A stretch of 64,000 nt of DNA, taken from assembly GCA_046563655.1 (NCBI GenBank), contig CM102290.1, forward strand, positions 15,004,001 to 15,068,000, given 5' to 3'. Below, piece by piece: positions 24,250 through 38,100 of this stretch. How positions within the stretch are numbered: position 1 is the stretch's first letter; every line of letters starts with the position of its first letter. Source of the stretch: Yuukianura sp. NJ FZ-2021 (lineage: Eukaryota). Below the pieces are notes generated by a model. That model was not told the origin of the DNA. It saw only the letters and a list, made by a program, of their open reading frames with translations, and did no database searches. A program made the position numbers and the translations under genes.

Positions 24250-27200
24250 ATGAGTGACATCATTGTCCAGGACACTCTTCCAGAAAACGGAGTCAAAAGC
24301 CTGGACAAACTGGAGATTCAGCTGGAGGAGCAGAACGTGAAAGTGGTTGACCTTGAAGCAGAGACCGCCGCGGTCCAAAACGGGAGCGGTGGAGACAAAG
24401 AGCAGGACAGCGGTGGGTCCAACGGTGCTCCAAAGGTGGCACAACAACACTCGACGCCAAAAGGCGCTAAAACCAAATCCACCAAACTCAGTCTTCTGAA
24501 ATTTCCGCCGATTCTGAGGAATAAGCGCCCTGCAGACGTTTCATCGCTTTCACTTGACAAAGTAAGTCGCTTTGCTTCTTTAAACTCAAACAACTTCTGT
24601 CACTTTCGGTTTCTTCTCAAACCATGACCGCCTAAATCCCTCGATTTATGTTCAAATTACAAAGTAATCAACACTGCTTACGGCGGCATTTTGTTTGAAA
24701 TTTAAAAAAATGACGGAAAATTTATTGCAAAAAAAATCTCTTAAAATTCTTCCTTAGACAATCTGGATCGCTTATTTCTAAATCCAATTTGATAAATTGT
24801 TTTTAAAAAAAAAAGAGAAAAAAAAACCTCTTTTTTCTTTAAATTTTTAACTCGCTTTTTTTAAAGCATGACCACTGTGATGAAAAGCATGCCAAAACTT
24901 TCACTTTTGAAAAATTGAATTTTGGGAATCGCCGCAACAGCTTTATTCATAAGTTCCATTTGTCATTCAAAAAAGCCTGGACGCAATCTAGAAACAAGGT
25001 TCTGGGGGAAGGGGTGTCAAAGGCCCCCCTTTTTGAAGTAAGGGTTTGAAAAATCCTGTTAAGGGCCCCTCTCTGTCTGCTTCAAGGGCCCTTGTACCCC
25101 TTTTCTCTTTGTATTTCAAAAACACTTGAGCGTTTTTGCCTTGAATTTCTTATGGATGAACAATCCTGTTTCAAAAAAAAACAGTTGGGCAGATGCCCAC
25201 GGTTTTTGTGTCCTTTTGTCACAAAATTTGAAACACCAACTGCTGCGACTGGTTGGACAAACGCATGCGCAATTTAAAAACAAAAATTTAACACTCTTTT
25301 GTTTAAAACTTTGTTTTCATTGTTGTTTTCATCTTAACTGTTGCTCACGTTGAGAGAAATCTGAACTTCAGTCGTTGGTTGACTTTCGGCCGACGGAGTC
25401 ATGCACCCACCAACGTGTCTGGTTGACTTTCGGCCAACAGAAACAAGTGTACCCGCCAATTAGAAAGATTTGAATCTAGAGATAGTGACAGGAACAAGGG
25501 AGGTAATGAGGCAGAGATGGGCACTCTGGAACTTTTCAGAGTTGGGCAAAAATAGAATGTTGTCACCACTTTCAAAATTAGTTGCTTATTTTCCCCACAA
25601 TCTAAATGGGCACTTGGAACTTCCGTTAGTGCTAAGGCTAATTACGGAGTGCTGGCAAGGCACAGCGGCAAACAATTGTTTCAAACCATTTGAATTTCAC
25701 TCCAAATTTTAAACACTTTTGGAAAGCGTTTGGGCGCCATTAATTACACTGACAGCTTTTTAGAACAAAAGAAATGGCGGGAGTAACTACTATCTTTCAA
25801 TTTACAACAAAAAACAAGCCCCTGGAATGAAAGTACTTCCAAAATGAACCAAATTTTAGACTTTTTAGAACAAAGTAAAAACTAAAAAATCTTAAAAAAA
25901 CTAGTTTGGAATTTTTCAAAGTAGCTTCAGTTTGAACAACAAAAAATTCTTGGAAGAACTAAAAATACAAACAAGAAAAGTTAAGTTTTTGTTTTCTTTT
26001 TGTCCAGGACAAGACGGAGAGTTCGGTCAAAGGTCAAGTGACCAACGGCGGGTCTCCGATGGTTAATCCGAAAACGGCCAACGGAACTCGTGACACTTCA
26101 AGTGTCCATCCGGAAGTACCCACCAGTGACGAAGGGCCCCCTGACACGGTCGTTGCCATGGACACCACTTCGACCCCTTTGAATTCTCCCTCCTTCCTGT
26201 CCGCCTTTTCAACTCCGCGCTGGACCAACTTCCGTCGAGTGTTTAGCAGCTTCAACCGCTCCACTCCAGCACCTCTCGCCCAAGTAAGTCCAAACACATT
26301 CCACGACGCTTGTGGACGGAAAGTCATGGACGGATTTTACAATGGACAGACTCAATGGACGGACCATGGACGATGAAACCTCATTTGGATCACAAATACA
26401 CATCATTTTAGGAATGATGTCCGTCTGTCCGTCCGTCCTTGAATTTCCGTCCATGAGCGTCGGGTGCCTCGTTCTCGTCCCGCTTTCGTCCATAAATCCT
26501 GTTGCACGGTTGGGTCCCTTAGCAGCTCCCTTGACAACACGGCCTGATTTATGACCACGTCCAAAGCCCTACAAATACCATTGTTGAAGGGCCCCCACAA
26601 TCCTGAAGGGCCCCCACAAAACACACAACTTCTCTCCATAAAATAATAATTACGAGAGTCAAATGCTCGTTCCACGTCTGGAGGTGGGGGTGGAGGGGGG
26701 TCAGGGGGCGACCTTGAGAGCGACCACTCAAAAACACTCAAAAATTTAACACTTTTCCCTCCCTTTTTCATTCTCATGCTAATTCCCACATCCCAAAGGC
26801 TATTCTTTACTTTTTCACTCAAAAACTTCTTTTTTACTTTTACCTACTTTTTTAAAAAAGTGTGTTCAAATGGAGCAAGAGGTTGTTCTAAATTTGAATT
26901 CCCTGGAGAATTGTGTCTTGTATCCTTTTTGTAGAGTGGTTTTTTAAAAAGTTTTTAAGATTTTGGAATTTGTTGAATTTGAGTCTTAAATTAGGAACTA
27001 AGAGGAGATTGGATCCACATTTTTTAGAAAAGAGTTTGTTTTAAATGCTCACTTGAGAGCAGAGTGACAACAGCTCAAGTGCTTCAGCTGTCGCTTTTTA
27101 AAAAAAGTTGGATGGTAAATTAGCACCAAAGTTTAAAAAAAATCTCATCGCCGTTTCGGGAACTTTTGCGCTTTAAAACTGTCCCGATGGAACTGGAAAT

Positions 27201-30200
27201 GAAAACAGGAAAAGCTACAGTTTGAAAAACTTTTATGAAAAAAAGCACTTTTCGAAAAACGGTTTTTTATCTTGTAGCACGTTTCCTTCCGGACTTTCAA
27301 AAAAAAATTTACCATCAACAAACCGGAAGAAAAATTTTGTAACTTGATCTTTTTATCGAGCGAGAAAATTAGATTTCTTTTTCTCTTATTTTAAAATCTT
27401 CCCACTATTTCCAGAATGAGCTCAAATTGCCAAATTGTGACAAAATTGGCTAAATTTGTGACTATGATTCATAAATTGTTGTTTGTAGTTTGTATTTAGC
27501 GCGTTTTTTTTTGAATGTTAGGAGGAAGTAGACCTGGATGGCTCAGTTGTGCAGACTCCTGCCGTGACTGTTGACATGCCTGACGACGCCAAGGAATGTG
27601 AGAAAGTCGGAAATGGCGGGAATGCCCGTCAAACAAATCTCATTTCGCCCCTCCTCAGTCTCTTCAAATCAACTAAAACGCTGGAACAACAAGGCACAGT
27701 GAGCCAAAAACTTTTGTCCTTACTTTTTATGTTCGTCACAATTTTAATGGAAACAGTCAGAGCCTCTCTCTCCTTTTCAAATATTTCCGCTCTTTTTTAA
27801 GAAAAGTCATTTTGACTGTATTTTCAAAACAAGTTGGTCTGATTACTCTAATTAACTCTAAATGAACCAGTTAGCTTTTGTCAAATGTACAAGTCTACGT
27901 CGTACGCTTGCTAACTCAAAGGTCAATGACCTCGGGCGGTCAGGCAACAGAGGTCAATGACATCGCTGTGCCATTTCTTCGATTTTTAGTTTTTCAAAAT
28001 CACACAGCAATCCAACTTTCTTACTTTTTAACTTGTTCACTCGCGACAAATTTCTTTTTAAAAAGAGTATTTAAAACGGCCAAAAAAGAAAAATTAGAAA
28101 CAGCCAAATTTTTATTTTTGAAACTTTATCATCATCAACCAATCAGCTTTCGCTTTTTGATTTTTGTGGTGTCACATTTTCTAAATTTGATGCCAAGTAT
28201 TACTCTTGTTCTAAATTTGGAAATCCATTAGTTCAATTTGTGCTCCAAATGTTGTTCCACTTGACAGAAACATGGTTATTTTTTAGTCAAGGTCACGCCA
28301 GGTCACGTAGCTGCCTTGTGATGCAATTTGTTTTCAGGAAATTTGAATTTTACTTATTTGAACAAACTTGTCAGTTTTCTGTTTGAACATGGATTGTCAA
28401 TTTTTGGAACACAAAGTCCCTGAGTCATGCGAGTCACGACTCAGGAGTCACAAGGATCTGAATCTGAAGTTGAAGTTTCATTTCAACAAACACGAACCGA
28501 AAGGTCACTTCTGTTTGGGAAAATGTTGAAAACTAAGACACATTTCTAATTTTTCAAAAATGTTTGAGACCAATTTGTTGGTTCGTTTGAACTTATTTGA
28601 ACAAGATTCTTGGCAAAAGATGCATTTCCACTTTTACTTTTTTTTCCAAAGGAATAAAAACTTTTGAAGAACATTGAATATTTCATGGTCTTGCTTTTAG
28701 TAGTTCTCCACTAGTCATTGGAGTAGTTTCACTTTTATAAACTTTTCTTTAAAAAAATTCAAATTGAAAATTGAAAATTCTGAAACTTCCAACTTCCGTA
28801 GAGTGCAGCAACAGACAAACATCTTCCTTTGGAACAAGAAGAAAAGACGGTTTTTGAGAAAGTAAAGTTTTGGTTCAATTTGAAAGTGTGTGTTTGAACA
28901 AGTAAAGTTTGGTTGAATGATAATTAATGTGAAGTTGTACCTTCCAGAAGTTGGACTCCGCCGTGACTCCACAAACTGCTTCACTTCCGGACAAAACTAA
29001 TAAAAGTGAGCAACAAGTACAAAGTGTTTTCGACGAAAGTGGAGCTCAAATGGAACAAATTGCATCCCAAAAGTCACCCAAGGAACAAGTAACTTCAAAA
29101 CAATTTCAAATCAATTCACGTCCCAAAAACTACCGCGCTGTTGCCACATTTCAGGCTTTCTTCAAATGAGGCACCAGCAACGGTTTTTTAAAGTTTTTAC
29201 TTCGTATTTTCATGTACTTTTTTCAAAATTTTGTAGGAAATTGAAATCAAGACAAATTTGGCTCCCACTTTGAATGGCAACGGGGTTGCCAAGGGCGGAG
29301 CCCCTTGGAGGTCAACGTTTCTTGGATCATGTGGCAACAGAAAAAAAGTGGCGGTGGCAACACTGTCCGGATTTTTGATAGTTTTAGCTGGAATTGTGGT
29401 GATGTTGGCCTGTCAACCGAACCGAGCAATTGACATTGGGTCACTCGTCATTGATGGAAAATTCATCAACACCATGACTTCTTGTGGCCAAGTCCAAGGG
29501 TGAATTAAACTTTTTCAAAAAAATGAAAATTTCGAAAAATTTGAATTTTTGTTCTGAAATTTAACAGAATTTTGGAAGACGGTGGATACGCTTTTCGCGG
29601 AATTCCGTACGCCGTTCCACCTATTGGGGAACTCCGATGGCGTCCAGCTCAACTCCACTCGCATCTCTCTCACTGCTGGAATGGAACCTACAACGCCACA
29701 AAGTAAGGTCAAAGGTCAAATATTTTTTCGAAATTTTGATTTTTGGATTCAAAATTTGGAAACTTTTTTTGAAAGATCGAAGTTGCCATGTTGGCAATTT
29801 TACCGAAATGGGAACTACGATGGATCCGAGGACTGTCTGTACCTGGACGTGCTCACTCCGAAGCCCTACTATGACTCTCCCCTTCCAGTCGTCGTTTTTA
29901 TCGGCGGAGAGTCGTTGTCGGGCGGAGAATCCGCGGACGTGAAACCCACGACGAAATTATCCGCGGATAAAAGTGTCGTGTTTGTGTCCGTGTCCATCCG
30001 ACGGTCTGTTCTTGGATTCCTTACGGTGGAGGCTCTGAGTCGAAAGTAAGTTTAGTTTATTACTCAAACTTATTAGTTCCGAATTTCAAATTTTGAATTT
30101 GCCGCCTTTCTAAATTCACTCCCCGTCCACTCCATAATATTCACACTTTCATGCACCACAAACTTTCTTTTCTCCAAAAACTTTATTTTGGGAACAAAAC

Positions 30201-31710
30201 CCATAACGCAGAATGGCTCAAAGTCTGGAAAAACTTTAGAAAAAGTTTTGGTCAATGGGCAATCGCTCCTTCCAGCGATTTGGTCCTTGTCGCAAATAGA
30301 ATTAATAGCCACAAATATCCTTTTTCCAAAGTTTTTTTTTGAAAACTTTTTTTTCGAAATTTCAGTTCCTACCCTATGACCTCTGGAAACTACGGGCTCT
30401 CTGACCTTTTGGCTGCACTTCACTGGGTCAAACTCAATGCCCAGCACTTTGGAGGAGATCCGAATCACGTGACTCTGCTGGGCCACCAATCAGGATCCAG
30501 CTTGATTTTGGCACTTCTTACGACGCATGTCAGCAAAGGCCTTTTTCATCAAGTTTGGGTGTCTGGCGGGTCACCACCCACAGCATTGCTCACTGTTCAG
30601 GTAAATTTCAAGGTTTGTTGACTTGATTTTCTTCAACAGGTTGGGCAATACCTCATGTTTTTTTTATTTTGCAAAAAAAGTGTCTTTTCATTTCAGACCA
30701 TCATCGTAGCAATTCTTTGGATTGGTACCAATTTTTGATTATTTTGTTTTTCTGTCAACAAACGAGGTAGTGCCCAACCTCTTAAGGAAAATTAACTTTT
30801 AGTTGTCAAGGAACCTTGGTTGAAATTCAAATCTTAAAGGTCAAAGGTCAAGGTCACTTTTTTTAAAACTTGTTAGGAAGCTGAAGCTCAGAATGAAAAG
30901 TACATGAAGGAACTGGGGTGCACTTCGATCGAGTGTTTGCACAACAAAGGGCCAGAGGAGCTTTTGGAATTTGTTCCAAACCACTGGCGCATTTTTCATC
31001 AAGATCTTCCGAATCGGGCTGAGAAAAGACATCGCTGGCTCGTGCGTGACGGACTCATTCTGCGTGACACCAGCGCAGACGCAGACGAAAATGTTCCACT
31101 GAGCCACCTTCCGGCAGACTCTCTCATCAAAATCCCATTCGTCGCAGGAGCCGCAGCAGAAGTTGACGCAAGTCCAGAAATGTTTTCATATTTGGACTGG
31201 AACGACACTTCAAAGTTCTCCACTTACTTGGAAAGCAGTTTGGGCACTTTCGGACCCTCTTTGCCGCGAGAGGTCATGGACAGATACTTCCGTCCAGAAT
31301 CCACGCCATGGCAGACTTTTGCGTCACTTTTGTCCGATGTACGCACAATTTGTCCGCTGTACTACACCGCTCTGGGACGGGCTGATCCGTACGTCAAAAT
31401 GCCGGTTTACTTTTACGTTGCTACGCAACGGAAAATGACGTCGATTGGATTTGTGGGTGACACTGAGGCGGATATTAGAGCGATTCTGGGGCTGTACGAG
31501 GCTGGAAGTCGCGAGGAGCGGAAGTTTGTACAGAACATGCAGAGTTTGTTCTACAACTTCGTGGAGAAAGGAGAACTGAGCGAAGAAATGCAGGACGTGA
31601 CAAAGTCCATTGTGAAAGTGGATGAAAGTGTACAGAAAATATACACGTACCCAAACTGTGACTTTTGGCAACAACAAAACTTTTTCCCCAATCACAGCCG
31701 AGTGGATTGA
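24250..31710 (+). CDS. Nrt: Neurotactin: type II membrane adhesion protein with a catalytically inactive cholinesterase-like ectodomain, about 880 aa
   Basis: Phase-consistent exons 24250-24561, 26008-26283, 27522-27698, 28948-29088, 29237-29499, 29568-29702, 29776-30045, 30366-30600, 30877-31710. Long low-complexity cytoplasmic N-terminus, one TM (VAVATLSGFLIVLAGIVVMLA), then TSCGQVQG, FRGIPYAVPPIGELRW, SEDCLYL, GNYGLSD and FGGDPNHVTLLGHQSG (no nucleophile Ser); oxyanion region reads FIGGES. Confidence 0.88.
26301..26467. mobile_element. GGACG-rich foldback/MITE-like element in a neurotactin intron
   Basis: cacgacgcttgtggacggaaa pairs with tttccgtccatgagcgtcgggtg. Related GGACG/CGTCC clusters occur at ~20730-20910 and ~23688-23815. 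Confidence 0.5.
30609..30819. mobile_element. MITE family copy 1 (CCAAGGTT termini), in the last neurotactin intron
   Basis: caaggtttgttgact..aacaggttgggcaatacc ... ggtagtgcccaacctcttaag..gttgtcaaggaaccttgg; shared with copies at 39444 and 54415. Confidence 0.7.
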
Positions 31711-33049
31711 AGAAAATACAATTTGAAAGAATTTTGAGAAATTTCTAGCTCATTTTAAACTTTAAAAACATTTTATGCTAACTCTGCAAACGGTTTTTGA
31801 ACAAGTCAAATTTTGTAAATATTTTTAATATTTAAATTTTTAAATTTAAACCAAGAAAAATCAAAGTATTTGTGTAAAGGATTCATGTATACTAAAAAAA
31901 AATTTAAATGTACAGCATGACTCAAAAGTATCGCACTGTTTTTACTTTCACCAAATGTATTTAATACTTTTGTATTCAAGTATTCTGCAACAACATGATA
32001 CACCTAGTATGTTAAACTGCTAGTACACTATGTTCCATAACTTTTCCTTGTTGGCAAAATTCTGGAACACACTGTACATTTTCACAAAAACTTTTTTTTT
32101 ACCTAACAATTGTTTTTTCAAAAGACTATGACTAATGCTGAATGTACACTTTAAAATGTTTGTATTTTCGTGGAAAGTGTTGTGTAAATGTATTAAATAT
32201 AATTGTTTTGCGTGGGATTTATGCATTTCATTGGTGAGAGTGTAAAAAGGCGGGAGTTGGATTTGAATGTTTAGCTTTCTCAATTACCTTTATATTTAAT
32301 GGGCAGATTTCCGTAACTTTCTCCTTGGAATTGGTTCCTTAAGGCTCCCCTTGAGCTTGGGGGTTTGCATATTTAACCTTCCCTCCACTTGAGCCTTGGA
32401 GGAATGGAAATTTGAAAGCAATTTCCCTGAGCCCTTGTCGCCTTAACGGCCGACTTGGAAATGGCGGATGGGCGTTATTTACTTTCCTCCGGAGACTGTT
32501 CCCAATACACTTTTAAGAACAGCTTAATTATTCACACAACTACAATTTACAAACACTCACACAAACCAAGTCAACCAGTCCCAATTCAATTTTTCCACTT
32601 GCACAAAACAATGCATTGCACTGCAGTGTCAAAACGGTGAAAGCTTCACACATTGAAAAAGTGAGAAAAAAAAGTAAGGCCTGGTGCCCACATCCACGCA
32701 AAACCCAAAAAGTTTGACAAACCTACAATTATAAACATTGCTGAAATTCACATTCGTTCAGAAAAAAAAAACAAGACCTAAAGCCTGGTGCACACAAAGA
32801 AACAATTTACGAATTTTGAATCAAAAGATGAACAAAAAGTGCTGTAAAGCCACGTTCGGACCGAAATTAAAAGGCGAATGTCACCGTAAAGTGGAGTAAT
32901 GCAGGGTAAAGCCAAATTCGCACAGAAAAGAGCCGGGAAATAGCATGAGTAAGGCCTTCGCACACGAGGATTACGCAACTCAGCAGTACGTTAGTTTTGC
33001 TTAGAAAACAAAAGCAGGGTTCCTCATTTGGAATTTTGAAAAGGAAGTT

Positions 33050-34141
33050 CCCCGGAAACAATTTTTGAGTATGAACCGTCAGCATTGCGTCAGTTTTGGG
33101 AATTACAATGACGATTACACATTTTTGATTCAAAAATGATGCGCTCACGCTGGCATCATTATGAGTAGGGTAAGCCTGGCGTTATATTTCTTCAAAAACT
33201 GAGTTAGTTGCATGCATGTTGTTGTGAGGACAGAAATGAGGCGCACAAATTTACGCCTTCGATTTGCTGCAAAGGAGGCGCAATTATAATTGCATGATTC
33301 TGACGCTTGTTTCCAATCATTCAAATATTTCAAGATTTGCATTGCATGGAAAGTGCGTAAAATTGCAGTGAAGCTTCCTTCAGTCAATATGATGCGTCCG
33401 TCCCGACAGCTTCCAGACGCAATTATTAGAACACTAAACAACCAATGTCATTGCTACACGCTCTTTTGTTGCGGGACAAACTTCGTCTAAAAACTTCGGA
33501 TAAACTTATAGTTTCGTATCCCACATGACCAATTAACAATCGTATTGGATGATAATTTTTATACTAATCATAATCAAATAAGACATACATGGTTCCGTGT
33601 CATTTAGAGCATTTAAACTGCTCGCTCACACGTAGAGATGCTAAATCTACCTAACTATGCCGGTGACAGCTGATAATTACGTCACTTTGTCTGTATGTGT
33701 ACAAAGGTGACCATACTTACCGTAACTTAACCAATTAATCACATAATTGATGTCAGGTTATAAGTTTTTTTCTTGATTTTAGTCGTAAGAAATTTAAGTT
33801 CCGAATGCATGGAATAAGTACTACAACTTTCGACTAGTCTTTCAATAAATCATTCGTAGCTTAGTTTGTAGTGTGATAGGTCAAAAATAATAGAGAAGTG
33901 AAGGTTGTTGGTTCGAAACTCCGGAGAAGAGTTTTTTTTCTATCTTTTGCATGCGTCAAACTGGAGTATGTTCCAAACCTCAATTTGACGCCTCCGGAAC
34001 TACATCATATTTAAGATTTTGAAACGGCGTCCTCGACGGATACTTGCATTGCGCCAATATGACGCTAAAACCTTGGACAGCCAGCTACGTTATGCTGACG
34101 GTTTTTACTTTTTGTCTCTAATGCATGAATTGTTTCCGGGG
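33050..34141. mobile_element. About 1.1 kb non-autonomous TIR element between neurotactin and brat
   Basis: ccccggaaacaatt (33050-33063) pairs with aattgtttccgggg (34128-34141); subterminal aaccgtcagcat pairs with atgctgacggtt. Confidence 0.55.
33855..33925 (+). repeat. Degenerate tRNA-derived (SINE-head-like) sequence
   Basis: A-box-like TAGCTTAGTTTGTAG and B-box-like GGTTCGAAAC at pol III spacing; no clean cloverleaf. Confidence 0.35.
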
Positions 34142-37100
34142 TTTAATGAGATTTAGGAATCAAAGAAAGTGGGGAGCTCGAATCCACTCAAACGCACAGA
34201 AATTGATATAATTGGTGAAGCCGAGAGCGGGGAAATTGAATATGCATACCCTGTGGCTCTTCCAACTTTGAATTTGAAACTCCAAAGAAAAGCCTAATCA
34301 TTACCATCACTCAACCCACTTTCGGCATTTTGTATTCATTTTCCATTGTTTTCATCAAAACTCTTTTCAAAATGACAAAAGTTTAGAGTGTCAACTAATA
34401 ACGTGGGGAACCCTGATTTGTAAACAATTTCAATTTCAAATTAAATCTGATTTTCCATCTGGACACTTTTCCCACACTTAATTAAATTCAAAAGTAAAAA
34501 GTGGACTACTTTCTCCGTCCAACTTTGAAACTCTTGAAAATGGTCCAGAAGTACTGTGGTTGTAGAATCTGTCAAAAATTGTGCTTCTGCAGTGACAAGC
34601 ACAAGTTCTCCTAGTTCATTACAACTTTTCATACTAAACTTTACAACATTCGTACAACTTTACCGTAAAACTTCACTAAGAAGCCCCTCCTTCTTTGTAG
34701 TCTCTCCATCACTCAAACTTGTTGCAGAACTTTATTTTAGCGCTAAATAAAAATAAAATTTTAGGAACTTTTTGTTACCGTAAATCCACAGTAACGGGGC
34801 CGCAGTCTGTCAAAGTTTTAACTTTTGATGTAAATTTGTCGTCGTGTGCTGCAAACTAAAATTTAAAAAAACAGAACTTCCTTTGAAAGTAATTTCGAAA
34901 CTATTTTCGGAGTTTTACGGTACTGATGTCTTTCCAGTTGAAACTTTCCCTGGAAGTTTTGTGCTTCCCGTTTCTTGGAGTTGGGAAACCGCAGCCCTTG
35001 ACGACGACAAGTCTGAACCGGGTAACTGCGGTCACGCCTTCTGCGTCGCTTGGATTGGCACAACCTACGGCACACTTTCACATATTCTGTCAACGTAAGG
35101 CTCCATTTATGGTCCAAATTGGATAATAAGACGAGATGAACTCACATTTCTCACAAATACAACCACATTCACAGTTGTTGGAACGTCGTTAAGGGCTCCT
35201 TTCCCTTAATGACACCATGTCAGCAACTTCATCATGCCAAAATGTTAGTTTTTTGGGGAAAGTTGCTGCTTAGACGAACTTTTGAGTTCATCATTCAAGG
35301 TTCATTACTTTTGTTTGAGACTTTTTTGGCGGGAAGATAATTAGGGAAATTGGGATTTGAAAAAAGTGTAAACACAGGAGCGAGGGAAGGTAAAGCTTTG
35401 TTCATTTCCCCCGTCATTACGCTCCTTTCTCTCTTTCGCGCCGTAGGAGCGAAAGTGAAACTGATGTTCACAGAGAGGATATGGATTCAGGGATTCACAT
35501 CAAAAGTTTGTGACGACATGGGGGCGGGGTTTGGCCCACAGCCTTATGGCTTTAAAGGGGGGTCTAGAGGGGGGGGGCTAAAAGTTTGAAACTTTAGTTG
35601 CAAAAAATAGAGCTTTAGAATGCTGTGCTACTGGTGGAGCTGTAAAGCTCGTTTTCTAGGAAAAAAGAAAGCGACTAGGCACATGAACTTCATAAAATCC
35701 TCAAATCCTATTTTGCATTTTCCCGCTCCTCTCCCTTCTCAACTTTTTTTTTCAAAATCTGATTCTAGCAGGTTCTCAAATATCTCAAGTCTTCTTTAAA
35801 CCTTTTGGGGCAAAGTCAGCAAATTTCTTTAAAATTTTAAAATGTAAGCTCTTTTTTAAACCTTTGACAAATCAAAATTTGTGCAAAAAAATATCAAACT
35901 TTGGATCTTTTCTAAACCTCCACCAAAGAGAATTTCAGGGTCCTTTTTTTTAATTTCTAAAAATTTTGCATATTTTTCTGAATTCATATGCTTTGAAATT
36001 AGGTTATTTTTCTTCCTAGAAAAATTTTCTCTTGATTTTCAAAGTTTTTGAAAATTGTAAATATTTTGAATGGCACAAAAAGTTGAGGGATTAATTCATT
36101 CAAAAGGACTCACTTTTCTTCCTAACTTTTTCACTTTAAACACAAACACACAAACTTTTAGCTTCTACAAATTTCTAAAAAAAAAAATGAACTTTGGAGC
36201 GATTTGTGTGCCTCCAGCAACTTGTTCCGCATTTCAACCAATGTTTGAACTCAGACATTGCTTAACCGCTAAAATCAAACCGACTCTAACTAACCTTCTG
36301 ATCTGTGGCTTTTAAATTTCAAATTTAAAAATCCCGCCGGCCTTTCGGTTGAAGCTGACATTGGTGGTTTGTAACCACGAAAGCCTTGCTTGTCGTGGTT
36401 TTGGTGGGAAATGGTGTCATGTCCTCCAGAAACGGAAGCTGAATGGGCTTATTTATGAACCGAGGCCTTTCGCTCCTTGGGCGCGAAGAGAAAGCCTTTC
36501 TTGGGCGCGAAGAGAGCGGAAGTGAAAGTTTTGATGAAGAAGATCCCATTTGGCATCTTTGTTGTTATTTGATTTGATCCGGAGCGACTTAATGAAGGTT
36601 CTGCCGCCTCCAGAAGATCATCTTAAATTAAACTCCCGCCGCCTCTCAAACAAAGGACTTCCCGCCAAAAGAGAAACTATGACTCTCCTAACTCAATCTC
36701 CACCAAAAGTCACTTTGTTCAAATCAAAAACCAAAACATATTTCCAATAAAGTTCATCAAACTTCTTCTTGAAATGAAAAGTGAGTTGTGTCGTAGGTGA
36801 AAGTAGACTTGTAAAAAGTGTAAAGTGAAGGGAGATGTATCGATCTCCTCCCCCGCCCCCTCCTCCCCCTCCTATTCTCATCTTCATCTTCAGAGCTACT
36901 TTCTCCCTCCAAACTTCCAGTCCACTGAGCACTTTCCCATAAGAGTCTCCCCAGCTGCCCCCCTGCACAGGAACACACATTTCCATTACACAAAATTAAA
37001 ACGGAGTTCCCGCTCTTCAAAAAACAAACTCAACACCAAAACCAACAACTTTCATCAAAAGACGAAAAGTGCAGCCTAAAAACTAAAAATACGAAAAACA

Positions 37101-38100
37101 AAAAGTATTTTGTGTTAAAGTTTTTCAAGTTAAGTTTTAAATTGAGATGTTTCAAAGTTTTTTAGTAGAATGATGTTTTTAAAAATAGTAATGTTTATTT
37201 CAATATTCATTTTTGGATTTCGATAAGGAACAAACAGTTTTTCTTTAGTTTGCCAACATTTCTTTTTGTTCTTCGGCGAATAGTTATATTTTTCTTTGTT
37301 TAAATTTATAATTAGTTTAATATATTTTAATTCTTTTTCAATTTAAGAGACAAATGACAGAAGAATTGTGAACTTTGCGAGACTTTACGACTACTAATTA
37401 TGAATTTCTCTTTTTTTCTGTTACCTAAAAACTATGAATTCTCGTTGGTTCACACTTAAAAGTTGATGAAAATAAATGAAAACTGTTAGGAAGAATGAGA
37501 CTTATCAAAAATATTGTTGGATTCTTCCGCATGCGCTTAACACAAAAAAAAGAAGTAAAATTAGAAAGAAAAAAGCTAAAAAAAAATATGCGATTGAACT
37601 AACTAAACGAATAAATCAAAAAAAAATATAATGAAAAAATTATTACATAAAAAAAACTGATCATTGCGAATTAAAAAAAAAACTGAAAAACCTAGACTAA
37701 AAAAGTTGTTTTGGATTGTGTCCGCACATTAAATAAATAATACGTAACATGCCATCAAACGAAAAAGACTTGGACAAATTTGAGGGTTTTCACTGCGTCT
37801 GTGCAGAAATAAAAGCTGTCCAATCACTTAGCTCCAAAAACTGTTCAAACACGCAGACTCAACAACTCGCACAGCCCGATAACGATTTTTTAACATTTCA
37901 AAAAAACTTTCGATTCTAAATCGTTTCAACTGTTGAATAAAAACGTTTTAACCATTGGAGTAACTGTTGAATAAAAACGTTTTAACGCTGAATAAAAACG
38001 TTTTAACCGTTGGAGTAACTTGGTTTCACCAGGAAGTGGGAGACTGATGGTTGACCTGCGGGTTGACCTGCGGGTTGGGGGACTGTTGACCTGCAGATCG

